Assembly (NCBI GenBank): GCA_036785375.1
Contig: JAWMAR010000219.1
Span: 930,001-994,000, forward strand
DNA from: Leucoraja ocellata
Lineage: Eukaryota
DNA: 64,000 nt
Reading direction: 5' to 3'
Position numbers and translations under genes: made by a program. Positions 25,431 to 38,730 of this stretch are shown here, piece after piece. Under the pieces are notes generated by a model. It worked only from the letters and a program-made list of their open reading frames with translations. It was not told the DNA's origin and did not search any database. Position 1 is the first letter of the stretch. Each line of letters begins with the position of its first letter.

Positions 25431-26237
25431 TTTTCTATTGGTTTTAATTGCTCTTCCACTGGAAGTAACATTAGGTCACTAACACTTTTAAAATGCCTTC
25501 AACTCCAGTCTTATTTCTTTTGACACCGTTCTAACACATAGACTTTCTGTTTTATTGCCATTCAATGTGCAATACTGCTGGATTCAATGAGGAAATATGC
25601 CATCTTTGTCATTCTCGGCATTCAACAGCAACCACTTAGGACTATAAAGCAGTTTTAACATAGCCAAATGCCCCATTGTGCTGTGCAGTACCTTCATCAA
25701 ACAAAATCCAGCCTTCAGTCGCAAAAAAGAAATATTTAACTCGATGTGGGGAGGTGGAGATTCTTGAGGTTCTTGAGGTTCAGACTTCAGTGGCTACCAA
25801 TTACTGTACATCAAATAGGGAAGTTTAAGAGTTTGGGTTTGGAGATGGCAGATATTTTGAGGACTTTGTGGGCTACAGTCATAGATCTATGCAGCATGGA
25901 AACAGACACCTTCAGCTCACCTTGTCCATGTCAACCAAGTTGGCATTCTGGACTAGTCCAATTTGTCTGCATTTAGTCCATTCCTCTTGCAACCCTTCGT
26001 ATCCACATATCTGTCCAAATGTTTACAAGTTCACGTTACAGGAGTAGAATTAGGCCATTCGGCCCATCGTCCACTTCGTCATTCTGGAGGTTTAATCCCC
26101 CAATTACTAACTAACCCAATTTGCTGTGAATATTTAAAACAACAGATGGAATTCTTTTTTGAGACAAATGTGCTGTGCAATAGCTTCATCAAACAAAATC
26201 CAGCCTTGAGTTGCAAAAAAGAAATATTTAACTTGAT

Positions 26238-27224
26238 TAATATCATACCTATATAATACCCTTTTAAATATACCAACCCCATTGTCAGAAGTAATTAGAA
26301 GAGCTTGGGAAGATGAACTTGGCGTAACAATTTTAAAAGACAGATGGGAGGAAAGCCTTCTATACATACACAACTGTTCTCTTAACGTTAGGCATTTGCT
26401 AACACAATTTAAAATACTGCACAGACTCTATTATTTAAAGTTTAACCTGAATAAGACCTTCCCATATGTTTCTCCTCTTTGTGATAAATATCTCCTTCAG
26501 GAAGCAACTAGAACCCATTCCTTTGCCTCTTGTATGAAGTTACATAATTTCTGGAGCGGAATTTAATTTTTTTTTTTCTATAACTCTAAACATAAAATTG
26601 GAGCACAACACGGAACTCATCACTCTAGGTACTTCAGAAGCCTGTTCTGAGCTATCACTATTTCAAAGACGTTTCCTTAATTATGGCCTGTTAACGGCGA
26701 AAAAACTAATACTTAAATTTTGGAAACATACATCAGTCTTAAGATGTGGATTACAAACATGACACTACATCTTGAAAATATTAGACTTGACTTGGCAGAA
26801 AAAACAGATAATTTTCCCAAGACATGGACACCCTTTACCGATTTCTTACAAGGATAGTATGGTGCAACACAACTTTGGATTTATAGCCAACTATGGGTTG
26901 GGTGAGGTGGGTGGGGAGGGACGAGAGGAAGGCATATCACCACTTTTCTCTCTCTTTTTCTTTTTGTTCTTTTTTTTTTCTATTTCTCTCTTCTCTCTTC
27001 CTTTTACCCACTCTTTGGCTACAATACTTTGGTAGTCTAGGGGTCCTATCTTTGCACATCTCACGTTTTCTCTTTCTTGTTCTTTCTCTTTTATTTTCTT
27101 CTAATTCAAAGCTAAAAAGTCAAAATTGCAGCTGTACAATAACTATAATTTGATATGCCGTTTGTTCTACTCTTGTACATTTGCTTCTAATAAATAAAAT
27201 AAATAAAATACAATAAAAAATAAA
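26238..27224 (+). mobile_element. L1-clade LINE 3' fragment (zinc-knuckle C-terminus, 3' UTR, A-rich tail)
   Basis: AWEDELG..QFKILHRLYY..SPLCDK..THSFASCMKLHNFW; AATAAA and A-rich tail at 27189-27223. Confidence 0.85.
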
Positions 27225-27354
27225 CTAGCAATATGCAGTTCCTTCCTGAACCTCTCAAATTCAGTACTCCAATTTTTGTTTTATTTTACAAATTCTGGAT
27301 AATATCGCCCCGTTCGTTGGCCGTATGCCTCTACCCCACCCCTGGTGCTTTAAG

Positions 27355-27503
27355 TGCAATACCAGATATTCACAAATTTTTGTTCATTGGGTCTTATTAA
27401 AAGCATATTCTCATTACCTGACTGAGGCAGAGCACTGTATGTTCAAACTATCTATAACAATCCCCCATGTGTGACTTCAATTGATTATTCAAATTTAAAA
27501 TAG
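27355..27503 (+). repeat. 149-bp copy of 30658-30806
   Basis: 3 mismatches by direct comparison. Confidence 0.92.
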
Positions 27504-27788
27504 AGTGCCCACGGTAGACTCACGAGTCACTACGGTAAACTCACGGGCTACTACGTTCTTCCAATGAGTTTAAAAATTTAAAATTTTTACTTCAAGAGTA
27601 AATTTGACTCGTGGGAATCTTTCATCATGTTGAAAGATTTTCACGAGTTAACAAGTTTCCTGAGTACCTGCCGTTAGCGTTACGAGTTCCGACGTTCCCG
27701 CTACGTTAATTCTATGTGATTACCACGAGTTTGATTTGTTTTAAACTCGGGATCACTCGTGGGTGGGCTCGCACCGTGAGACAGGGGT
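27504..27788. mobile_element. Harbinger-type MITE, one end only
   Basis: Ends GTGAGACAGGGGT|TTA, similar to the other MITE termini; CpG-rich body. Confidence 0.6.
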
Positions 27789-28489
27789 TTAACTCAGTAG
27801 TGAGATGGAACACTCACCACATGCAAAGAATGATACCATTGGAATTGCACTCGGTAAGCTCAGCAGCATCTTTGACAGAATTATTTGTTTTATTTTACAT
27901 ATCTGCCTTTGTACTCAATATCCACTACGGTACTCTGTCGATTTTGTGAAAGCACCATCAACACCAGTTTGTCTTTCAGGCCATGTTGCCCTGACTGATA
28001 TGTTCATTGATATTTCATCATTACTGCTGGGTCGGAATCTTGGAAGCGCAGGATTTCCAAGGTACAGATGAGATTCAAGCATCATTTTTGCCGTGTATCT
28101 TCCACTGGTTAATGACCAGCGATTGAATACAAAGATGGAGCCGGGATGCCCATTGGTTCAGTAAATACAAGTGTTCTCCGTATTATACTAATCAATATAT
28201 TGAATAATAATAACTTTGAAAAGCTAACTGTTTGATTGCAACGTATTCCTTTTCAAACTAATTGATTGTCTGATCGTGCAAACATTCTCAAATTTGGATC
28301 AATTTCTATCAATTCAACTGATCTGACTTCTTGGTGTTTCTAGAAAGATAAACCAGCAATAATCCTAGTTACCTTCCAAATCTTCTGAAATTAGTCATCA
28401 TTCAGTTGTTAGAAACTTTCTTATTGGACCTAAAATGGAATTTTCAGATTGTCTGACTTGCTTACAAGATATGGTCTCAGTTCATAATT

Positions 28490-28728
28490 CATAATTCATA
28501 GGAGCAGAATTAGGCCATTCAGCCCATTCAATCATGGCTGATCTATCTCTCTCTTTCAACCCCATTCTCCTGCCTTCTCCCCATAGCCCTTGCCAACCGT
28601 AGTAATCAAGAATCTATCGATCTCTTCCTTAAAAATACCGAATGACTTGGCCTCCACAGCTGTCCAATGAATTCCACAGTTTACCAACCTCTGGCAAGAG
28701 AAATCCTTTCTCATCTCCTTTCTTAAAA
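28490..28728 (-). mobile_element. CR1 3' fragment
   Basis: EMRKDFSCQRLVN..GYGEKAGEWG. Confidence 0.8.
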
Positions 28729-28738
28729 GACTTGAGTG

Positions 28739-28846
28739 TCCTACCAAGAATCGCTGAGAGGTTTAGCGGTATTTGCAACTGTATCATATCGTAAAGGTAC
28801 ATACAGTTGCAAATACTTCTAAACCTTTCAGCAATTCTTGGTAGGA
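28739..28846. repeat. 46-bp-arm inverted repeat with 16-nt loop
   Basis: 42 of 46 positions complementary. Confidence 0.9.
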
Positions 28847-29769
28847 AGTTGAAATCATTTTAAGATAAGGAAATGCTCTGGAGAGTATCAATTACTTTAC
28901 ACATTGTTCGCTACTTCTCTCAAAACTGCCACACATTTTGGAGGTACAAGGGAAAACAAGGCATATGTTAAGGAGGAGACACAAGGAACTCCAGATGCTG
29001 TAATATTGAGCATAAAACAGGTGCTGGAGGAACTGATTGGACAGATCTGAAGAAGGATTCCACATCAAAACATTGTCTGTCTATTCCCTCCACATATGCT
29101 GCCTGACCTGCTGAGTTCCTCCAGCACTTTGTTAAATGTTTCTTATCACTATGTCACAGTGCCAAATTTTTATCTCTGTGGGAAACACATTTGGTAACAG
29201 AGTTGCCACAACTGCCTTTGCAACTCTAATGTAAAAGGTCGTGGGTTTACGGTAAGATTTATTTCAGAGATATAAATTAGTAAAGTCAGTTGACATTATG
29301 GTGTAAAGTCAAGTGACATTATAGTGTAGCTATGATGAAATATCATACTATCTTATGGCTTTGTTTTTCCCAATCCCGAGGATGTCAAGATTTCCATGTC
29401 ACAACTGACTCTTAGGAAGGGAAAAATGGAATTACATAATGCCTTCCATATCTCTTTCAGAATATCTGAGAGTACATCTGAGCGGTGCAGGCTCGAAGGG
29501 CCGAATGGCCTACTCCTGCACCTAATTTCTATGTTTTACAGCAAATTAAATACTTTTGATGCAGAATCACTGACCCCCCCTTATCTCTGACCAACTCTTT
29601 GGGTACAGAGATCCCACCGACCCTGTGTCATCTCTGCACCAGAAGAGATTACATTCTGAGATTGCATTCTGCAATCTGCAACATCTGATCTCTTCCATTC
29701 ACTCCACACTTGGTGAGTGAGGAGGGAAAAGGTTTTTATATGCATCAGATGCACAAGGCAAGTTGTAGA

Positions 29770-30185
29770 ATCAAGAGTGTTTTATTGTTACATGTCATAA
29801 CGATGCCGAAACGTAACAATGATTAACCAATAATAGTGCAAAGCCAAAAACAATGCCACCATGTCTATGTAGTTTGAAGCTTATTTGGAGGTTATAGTGT
29901 TTAATTGTCTGATTTTTGTATGGACAAAGCTGTTCCTGAACATGGACGATACAGTTTTCAGGCTTCTATACCTTCTTCCTGATGGCAGGAGTAAAATAAG
30001 AGCATTGCCAGGATGGTGTGGGTCTATGATGATGCTGGTTGCCTTTTTGAGGTAGCAACTCCTGTAGATCCCTTCGATGGTGGGATAGTCAGTACCTGTG
30101 GTGGATTAGGCTATGTTCACTACTTTTTGCAATCTTCTTTGTTTGTGGCCTTTGAGTTGCCGAACCAGGCATTAATGCAACCATT
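29770..30185 (-). mobile_element. Old Rex1 3' fragment
   Basis: Similar to 3830-4320. Confidence 0.75.
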
Positions 30186-32809
30186 GTGCCTTGCCTTTAT
30201 ACACAGTGGAATTCTTCAACAGTGGGTCCTCACACAGACCAATAATTCCTATGCCATGAAGTGCAAAGCATTGAAACATCAGCAGTTTAACTGTACATTA
30301 TTGCTTACAAACAGCAAAATAGTGGTCCTTGCTCTCAATGTTTCTTGAGTTATTTTATGCATTAAATCTGAAAATGATGATGACATTTGACAGGTGCAAC
30401 TTTGATATAATGCAGCACATTACATTTGCTCACACGTTCAATTTTTTCCGTGTAGACTCAAAGTGCAAAAAAAGCCTAGGTTTTCAAACAATGCAGATAT
30501 TTTCCATTATTAAGCCAACCATTACACAAGCTTGAGTAACTTTGTAATAGAAAACAGCTCTCATTGCTTGTGAAGTCACTGGGGATATCAATACGCTCTC
30601 AATTAGCATCTCTGCCTGGTTTCCCTTCCCCCGCACCAGAATCTAACCGAGCACTGATGCAATACCAGATATTCACAAATTCTTGCTCATTGGGTCTTAT
30701 TAAAAGCATATTCTCATTACCTGACTGAGGCAGAACACTGTATGTTCAAACTATCTATAACAATCCCCCATGTGTGACTTCAATTGATTATTCAAATTTA
30801 AAATAGCCCTTAACTGATATGAAATACTTCTGTAATTTTTTATCAGAAAATGAGTCTTTTGACATATTTGCATATGAATGCTTTTAATATTTTTAATCGT
30901 TTGATTTAAAATGGAGTTTAATGTTAATTACTAATTTCAGAAAGTGAAGCTCATTAATATGCTAATGTATTTTATTTTTGGACACCATAAGGTGGCAAGT
31001 AGCAAAAGAGCACATTTTTCAGATATGATGTGACTATATGAAGACAGTTTAGTGATTGTTCTCCCAAGGAACAGCTGCAGTCACAAGACATGCCTCGCAA
31101 AATGGAAGGTTCTGGACTGTCAGAAGCTGACATCCCTTTTCTACAGAGAGAGAGGCATTTGTAGTCAGTGTCACCAGGAATGAAACATTAAGGCTTTCAG
31201 GATGTTGCACACTCACTTTTGTCTCCTCAATTGCTGCCGAGTTAATGTAAAACACAATCAGCTGGAAAGAAGGGAAGTAAGCAGCAGAGGCCTGTGATTT
31301 ATTCTTAATTAGACGCTGGCACTGCATCTTGTCAAACAAGGGTATAGTGTGTGCTGAAGCACGCTGACACAAACAGACAGGAACAGCTACAGCAGCGCAG
31401 AATACAAAGTGCATTTGGGTTGACATTGAAAAGGATTTAGATAAGTAGTAGATTTAAAAAAAAACCTATATATCTGAGTGGAAGAGGATGAAGGCAGTAT
31501 TGGTATGAGATGAATTGCACGTGAAAGTCTGTTTATTACTATTTATCAATCTTTGAAATTAGGCTGGTTGATCCTACCCAAGTGGCGTATGTCTCTCTTC
31601 ACAGATTAAAGGTCAAATCACTGCGACTAGACAAAAACAACATAAGACAAAAGAAGAAGAAAAAAGAGATTGCATCTAATTTAGCTGCTTGAACTCTGAA
31701 TGAAATGGGAAGAGCGGAGATCATGGTTGGGGGAACATGAGTAATATTCTCTCTCTTACACTGGGATGTGGAGCTGTTTTTTCAGCCAGCACTGATGGAG
31801 CCTCCAGCAACAAAGATCGGGCAATCAGCCAACCAATCTAAGCACTTCTGTGCAGTTCCGATCTGTCTCTATGGTGAATATTCTACTTCAGGTCAAATCC
31901 ATATAGCCAGTTGTATTAACATCGTCACGATCTGTAAAGATATTTCAGAGAGACTGGAAAGTAATGTTATCCACAGCTGTAAAACTGTAAAAGCTGAGGT
32001 ATGACACTAATTATTGAGGATAATATGTACTTACTGTTATTTGGCACAGTCCATTTTCACTTTGAGGGCAATTACCCATCCTTGAGGTCAGGTGCAATAT
32101 TTTCTTATCAAAAGGAGTGAAGTTGCCTTTTAAAAAAGGCCACATACTGCAAATGTCGAAAGGAATTTAAATAATTGTCCAAAAGGTTAGTAAGTTGTGA
32201 CAAAAAAAGAACGTTTGGAATTTCTTGATGGATTCTTTAAGTAGGTTTTCTGCTTGTTCTTTCTGAAACATTGTTCTCTATTTCCCATTCAATAACCTTT
32301 CACCACACAGTTATTAATAATGGATTTACAGGAAGTTAGCTGCATGCTTTAGATAATGATTATAAAATGGGACTGTAAAGTAGGTAAAAACATGGGGGTG
32401 ATTATAACTGGTTGACTGTAATATATGATTGATCTTGGGAATATAATGCAATGTGTTGAAAGGGGTGAATGTTTTTTTTTTCTCATTCCCTAATTTAGCT
32501 TTTCAATTTTCATTGTCCAGAGCAGTGATTAATGATGAACCATGATTCCAAACGTGGCAACAATTTCTTCGTTTTTAATCTTTTTTTGTTTTGTTTTATG
32601 TTGCCTACACTGTGCTGTTTGGATTTCTGTTGCGCTGCTGCAAGTAAGAAATTCATTGTTCCATTCATGATAAAACACTCTTTAATCTCTTCACTAATAT
32701 CCTTGTTCTCACTGAATTATATTTTCATTGTAACTCCATTTGCCTCTCCTGTGCAAATTCACTGATTTCTGTTCTCTCCGAATGTCTCCATATTAATTAT
32801 CTTGATTCG

Positions 32810-33550
32810 ACTTTGGTTAGGATATACTTGGAGTATAGCGTGCAGTTCTTTGGATTTAAGAGAGAATTAGATAGAGCTCTCGGGGCTAGTGGAATCAAGG
32901 GATATGGGGAGAAGGCAGGCACGGGTTATTGATTGGGGATGATCAGCCATAATCACAATGAATGGCGGTGCCGGCTCGAAGGGCCGAATGGCCGCCTTCT
33001 GCACATATTTTCTATGTTTCTTGTCACCCCATTACAGGAAGCATGAACAGGGTTTGGAGAGAGTGCAGAAGTTTACCAGAATGATGCCTGGTTTAGAGGT
33101 ATTAGATATAAGGAATGGTTGAATGAGCGTGGTTTGTTTTCTATGGAATGCCGGAGGTTGAGGTGAGACCTGATAGAAGTCTATACAATTATGAGATGGC
33201 ATAGCCAGTCATATCTTTTTCTCCGGGTTGAAATATGAAAGGCTAGAGGGCATACATTTAAGGTGAGATGAGCAATGACTAAAGGAGATATGTAGGTGAA
33301 GTATTTTTACATAGTTGCCTGGAACACACTATGACGGGTGGTGGTGAAGGCAGATACAATTAAGCGGCTTTCAGATAACGGAATGGAATGGAATATATTG
33401 TCAGATGTGACAAGTGAAATTCTTTGCTCATGGATATGCAGGGAATGTAGGAGTATGGATCATATGCAGGCAGATGAGATTAGTTTAGACATTAGAGACA
33501 CTAACAGACATTGTGGGCCAAAAGGCCTGTTCCTGTTCTGTACTGTTCTG
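32810..33550 (+). mobile_element. Old CR1 3' fragment with a younger CR1 tail (32850-33020) inserted
   Basis: LEYSVQF is interrupted by TGGATTTAAGAGAGAATTAG..TTTCTATGTTTC. Confidence 0.75.
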
Positions 33551-33609
33551 TGTTTTGTGTTCAATCTTACCCAAGTTCAAGACCAATCCTTTTACCTCAC
33601 AATCTCATT

Positions 33610-33885
33610 GGAAAGAACAGCAGATGCTGGTTTGAACCGAAGATAGACATAAAATTCTGGAGTATCTCAGCGGGACGGGCAGCATCTCTGATACAAAATG
33701 CTGGAGTAACTCAGCAGGTCAGGCAGCATCTCTCCAGAAAATGGACAGGTGACATTTTAGGTCGGTAACCTTCCCGAAATGTCACCAGTTGTCTGCTCCC
33801 TCCACCGATGATGCCTGACCTGTTGAGTTATCTCGGCACTTGGTGTTCTGCTCAAGATTCCAGCATCTGCAGTTTGTGTCTCCAA
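33610..33885. mobile_element. Rearranged fold-back Penelope-derived repeat
   Basis: Duplicated left arm plus inverted right arm. Confidence 0.7.
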
Positions 33886-34844
33886 GTAGCTCTTATTTTC
33901 TGATACCTCACTGATACCTCACTAATATCCAGTTACATGTTTTGACAGGATCCTTTGTCTCAAAAGCTCACCAAAACTTCAGACAAATGTGAGCCAAAGA
34001 GCTGATTCCAGAGGTGAGGTGAGAGTATTGTTTATTACCACGTGTACCGAGGTACAATCGAGCCATGCACAGTGTACCGACACATGATAAAGGGAATAAC
34101 ATGAATAAAGTTTAGTGCAAAATAAAGTCCAGTAAAATCCGATCAGAGATAGTCCGAGGGTCTCCAATGAGGTGGATAGTAGCTCAGGACTGCTCTCTAG
34201 TAGGTTTCGGTAAAATGAACCCCTCTGACTACCAAAGTGTTAATCTGGAAACAAAATCTCTTGAAGTAAAATGTGGAAAGCTACTAATCCAGAATCATAG
34301 ACTTTTCCATTCTGTGTTATGACATTTGAAAGGCAATTTACAGTTCAAAAGTAAATAGTAGATTGATAAATCTACTGTTCTGAAGAAGGGTTTCGACCCA
34401 AAACATTGCCCATTTCCTTCACTTCATAGATGCTGCCTCACCTGCTGAGTTTCTCCAGCATTTTTGTCTACAGTAGATTGATAAATCTTGCCATCCAAGA
34501 CAGATTATTCCCCTCGGCTGATATGGTAATACTGAAGAAACAAGATACAGGTGGTCAGTAAGTAGAGCATGGCCCAGTTGGCCAATGGGAAACGGATCCT
34601 GTGATTGATCATGTGTCTATGCCAGAGGAAGTTAGAGGTAAAGAGTGGGAAGTGAAAATATCTCTGACTCAGTGGAGTCAGAATCAACCTGGGCAGTTGA
34701 ACTCAAGAATACACATTTAGCCCAAATCGGCTGTTTAAGTGATTTGTAATGAGACAATTGATAGAATTTGTAACATGTAATCTGAATGAAGTTATTTTGT
34801 TAAAACGTCTAATTGTAAAACCTGGAGACACAAGGCGTATAGTC

Positions 34845-35165
34845 ACACTGCATGGAAACAGGCCCTTTGACCCAACTTGCCCACACCGATCAACATTTCC
34901 CATCTACATTTGTCCCATCTGCTTAACCCATATCCCTCCAAACCAATCCTATCCTTGTACTGGTCTCAGTGTTTCTTAAGCATTACAATAGCACCTGCCT
35001 CAACTACCCTCCTCTGACAGCTCGTTCCATACACCCACCACCCCCTCAGGTTCCTATTAAATCCCCCCCCCCCCCCCCCCCCCCCCACCCTCATCTTAAA
35101 CCTATGTCCTCTTGTTCTCGATTCCCCTTCTCTGGGCAAGAGATTCTGTGTGTTTACCCATTCTG
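34845..35165 (-). mobile_element. CR1 3' fragment with an internal poly-C tract (35063-35086)
   Basis: Reverse match to the CR1 tail. Confidence 0.75.
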
Positions 35166-35860
35166 TTCCAAGGAGCTGCAGCTACTGGAATCTTAAGCAA
35201 AGTACAAAGTGCTGGAGTATTTCATTGGTCAGGCAGCTTCTGCAGAGGGTATGGATAGGTCACATTCATTTTGGGACCCTTCTTCAGAGTATGAAGAAGG
35301 GCCAGTCCTGAAACGTCACATATTCATTCCCTCCACAGATGTGAGCTAACTCGCTGATATACTCTAACCGTTTTTTTTTTTTTAAATAATTTATTCAATT
35401 ATAAATTGAATTCTAAAAGATCCAAATGGCTGGAATTACTTTGTTTATATATTACTCCAGACAAGAAGACAGCAATTGAACAGTGGAAAATGTGTGGTCA
35501 ATGGACACAAATGGTAAAATATTCCAATAGATGGTATTATACCTCACACAAATAAATGCTAGCTGTAATTGTAGGAATTCCCAGTTTCAAGGTAAAAATA
35601 CTGTACTTCCTTTGGCCAGTATCCTAGACCCATTGAAAGGTTCATCACCAATCTTCCTCCCATTATGCGAGGAGAAGTGGGGATGTTCCTTGATGATAGC
35701 ACAATGTTGAATTCTATTTACGGTCTGCATCTGCATCCAGCACAACCTTGATAATATTCAGATCTGGGACAATATGAGGCCGGTAACATTCACACCACAG
35801 ATGTAACACCACAATGACCATCTCTAACAGGGCTTTCTCCTGACATCCTGCAGATCTTAC

Positions 35861-36391
35861 TGTAAATTCCGGTTCTAGACTTACCCCCTTAGTCTGGTTT
35901 AGTCAAACACTCTGGTTCCAAAACCTTACTTATTGAAGAACAAACTGCAGGGACGGTTGATGATCCACTCACGCAAGACAACAATATGTCGTGCAAACAG
36001 AACAGAAGTCACAATCAACCGACACAATCAGTCATGATCATATTGAATGGCGCTGCAGGCTCGAAGGGCCGAATGGCCTACTCCTGCACCTAATTTCTAT
36101 GTTTCTATGACACACCCCAAAGAATTACCCACTCTCTTATACCCTTCCAAACTAAGGGCGTGATATTATTTGGGAGAGGCAACCCCTACAAACCAATCAC
36201 ACACATTCATCATTACAGTACATAATTGACAGTTCCCCAGCCCAATAACATAATCTTAGATACATTGTATTCAAAAGAAGCTTCGAGAAGGAAGCCAACA
36301 CAAATGAATAATGCAACCTGGGATTCAAACAGTTCCTCCAAGGCTCAACATTTCAACTAATCAACAACTAACAAAGTAAGGTTACACAACA
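35861..36391 (-). mobile_element. Candidate solo LTR
   Basis: TG..CA termini; TTAC/TTAT flanks; on minus strand a CCAAT box, GGGTATAAG TATA-like motif, then AATAAG; interrupts an older LINE. Confidence 0.45.
36027..36108 (+). mobile_element. 82-bp CR1 3' tail insertion
   Basis: GACACA TSD at 36021-36026 and 36109-36114. Confidence 0.85.
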
Positions 36392-36739
36392 TTATTTATG
36401 CTATGTATATCTGGTTTGCATTGAAGCAATTAGCTTTATGCATTTTACACCTCATTGTAAGACTTCTGCAGATGTCCATTCTTTCTCTGCAGCTCTTATC
36501 TGGGCCACAGACATACTGGCACCATTCAGCAGCTTGTCTCATCTCTGCAAAGGCACATTTAACGACCAAAATGGCCTAGCAGCACACAAGCCCTTATCCA
36601 ATTTTAATACCATGGCTGCTCCAATTTAGCCAGGATTAACATTACCACCACTGAATCCCCTACCATCAAACATTTTGTGGCCAAACCACACCCATTCACA
36701 CATAGGAGCTGGGTATTCTGTGGAGAGCGATTGATTTTG

Positions 36740-37039
36740 CTTTAGTTTAGAGATACAGTGTGGAACAGTCCCTTTGGCCTACCGAGTCCGTGCCAACCAG
36801 TGATCCCCACACTTTCACTATCCTGCACACACTAGGAACTATTTACAATTACACCAAGTAATTAACCTACAAACCTCTTCTTTGGACTGCAGGAGGAAAT
36901 CGGAAATCCCAGAAAAACCCCACGCAGGTCACGGGGAGAACGGACAAACTCCGTACTGACAAGCACCCGCAGTCACGTTTGAACCGGGATCTCTGGCGCT
37001 GTAAGGCAGCAACTCTACTGCAACGTTACTGTGCCACCC
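36740..37039 (-). mobile_element. HE1-like V-SINE
   Basis: Full head-to-tail match in reverse. Confidence 0.85.
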
Positions 37040-38414
37040 TCTGATGCCCCAAAGCCTTTCCACATCTACAAGGCACATTGATGGAATATTCCCCATGTGC
37101 AACTCCAACAATTCCCTATAGGATCGACAGCATTGGAGACAAAGTAACTGTTTGAATGGTATTTCATGCACCGCCCTAAACATTCATTCATTGTAACTAA
37201 GGCTGTGCCATTTACACAATGCACTGCAATTACTCACCTAGGCTTCTCTGACAGCCTAACCTATGACCTCTACCACCAAGAAGAATAAGGCAGCAGGTGC
37301 ATGGGAACATCGTCACCTTTCGTTTCCATTTGAAGTCACGACCTGGAAATACATCTCAATTCCTTCAATGCCCCAGAGACTATATCCAGAAACTTGTTCC
37401 CCGACCACACTCTGAGAGAATCTTCACCAAAAGGATTGCAGCAGTTTATAAGGTGCCCGATCATTCTCAATTTTCAAAGGTAGTTGGTGTTGTCGGTGTT
37501 CAAAGCTAGTAAAATGAATATATGAATAGAAATGAATATATGAAATTCACTAAGGGTGCCTTATCCTATACTGAGACTGACTATTCTCTGGCACAGATTA
37601 GATGCAACATCACTCTGCAGTTGCGAGACATTTGCCCGACCTGTTCAAGCATGATTCTTTTTTTCAATCTGATTTTCTCTGTAGTTGTAACTTTATATTC
37701 TGCACAACCTGATCTACTGATGTAAGCTATGATCTGCCTGGACAGTGTGCAAAACAACATTTTCACTGAATCTCAGTAGTCGTGATAATTATAAACCAAT
37801 ATCAATCATACTGATGGGGTGGGAATTTTGTGATATCTTCAGCAAATCTCACCAATGTGATTTTAACCGCAGTGGACTGCATTTGGCTTTGTGGGTATCA
37901 ATAATTTTAGGTGGGATTAGAGTAATAATCACACACAGACTGGGAGCTCCTGGTAACTGACACGCACAAAGCTTCTCCTGACTGTACAAAGGTAATGTAG
38001 ACACAAGGAACTGCAGATATTGGTTTACAAAAAAAGACACAAAATGCTGGAATAAGTCATCAGGTCGGGCAGCATCTCTGGAGGACATGGATTGGCGACA
38101 TTTCAGGAAGCGAGGTAGTGCCCCATCTAGGAGACTCAGGAATGACAAGGCCCCAAGACTGATATGTTTGTACGTCCTCTCTGTAGCTGCACTCATTTCC
38201 AACAGTCTCTGTGATTCCCTCCCACATGCCGAAGATATGCTGGTTAGAACATTAATAGGTTACTGTACGTTGACCCTTGTGTGCCAGGAGAATCATGGGG
38301 GCAGGGGTGTAATTCATGGGTTGCAAAAGGAAACGTGAATTTAGTGTAGAAGGATCTTGATTGTTGCTGTGGTCACTGTGGGCCGAATGGCTATTTTCAT
38401 GCTTAATGACTGTA

Positions 38415-38730
38415 ATGACCAGAACCAGGGGCCACAGTTTAAGAATAAGGAGCAAGCCATTTAGAACGGAGACGAGGAAACACTTTTTCGCACAGAGAGT
38501 GGTGAGTGTGGAATTCTCTGCCTCAGAGGGGGGTGGAGGCAGGTTCTCTGGATGCTTTCAAGAGAGAGTTAGATAGGGCTCTTAAAAATAGCGGAGGCAG
38601 GGGATATGGGGAGAAGGCAGGAACGGGGTGCTGATTGGGGATGATCAGCCGTGATCACATTGAATGGCGGTGCAGGCTCGAAGGACCAAATGGCCACTCC
38701 TGCACTTATTGTCTATTGTCTATTGTCTAT
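38415..38730 (+). mobile_element. CR1 3' fragment
   Basis: RTRGHSLRIRSKPFRTETRKHFFAQRVV; (CTATTGT)n tail. Confidence 0.88.

Larger units (their letters stand above)
35640..37500 (+). mobile_element. Ancient CR1/L2-type LINE remnant interrupted by an LTR and a SINE
   Basis: EVGMFLDDST (FADD-like) at ~35675; IYKA..MEYSP-like at ~37065. Confidence 0.5.

Noticed and set aside
30720-30830. Minus-strand exon between an AG and CAG|GTAATG
   Set aside because: Stops in all three frames and a poor polypyrimidine tract
31049-31426. 125-aa minus-strand ORF
   Set aside because: No recognisable domain or coding-like composition
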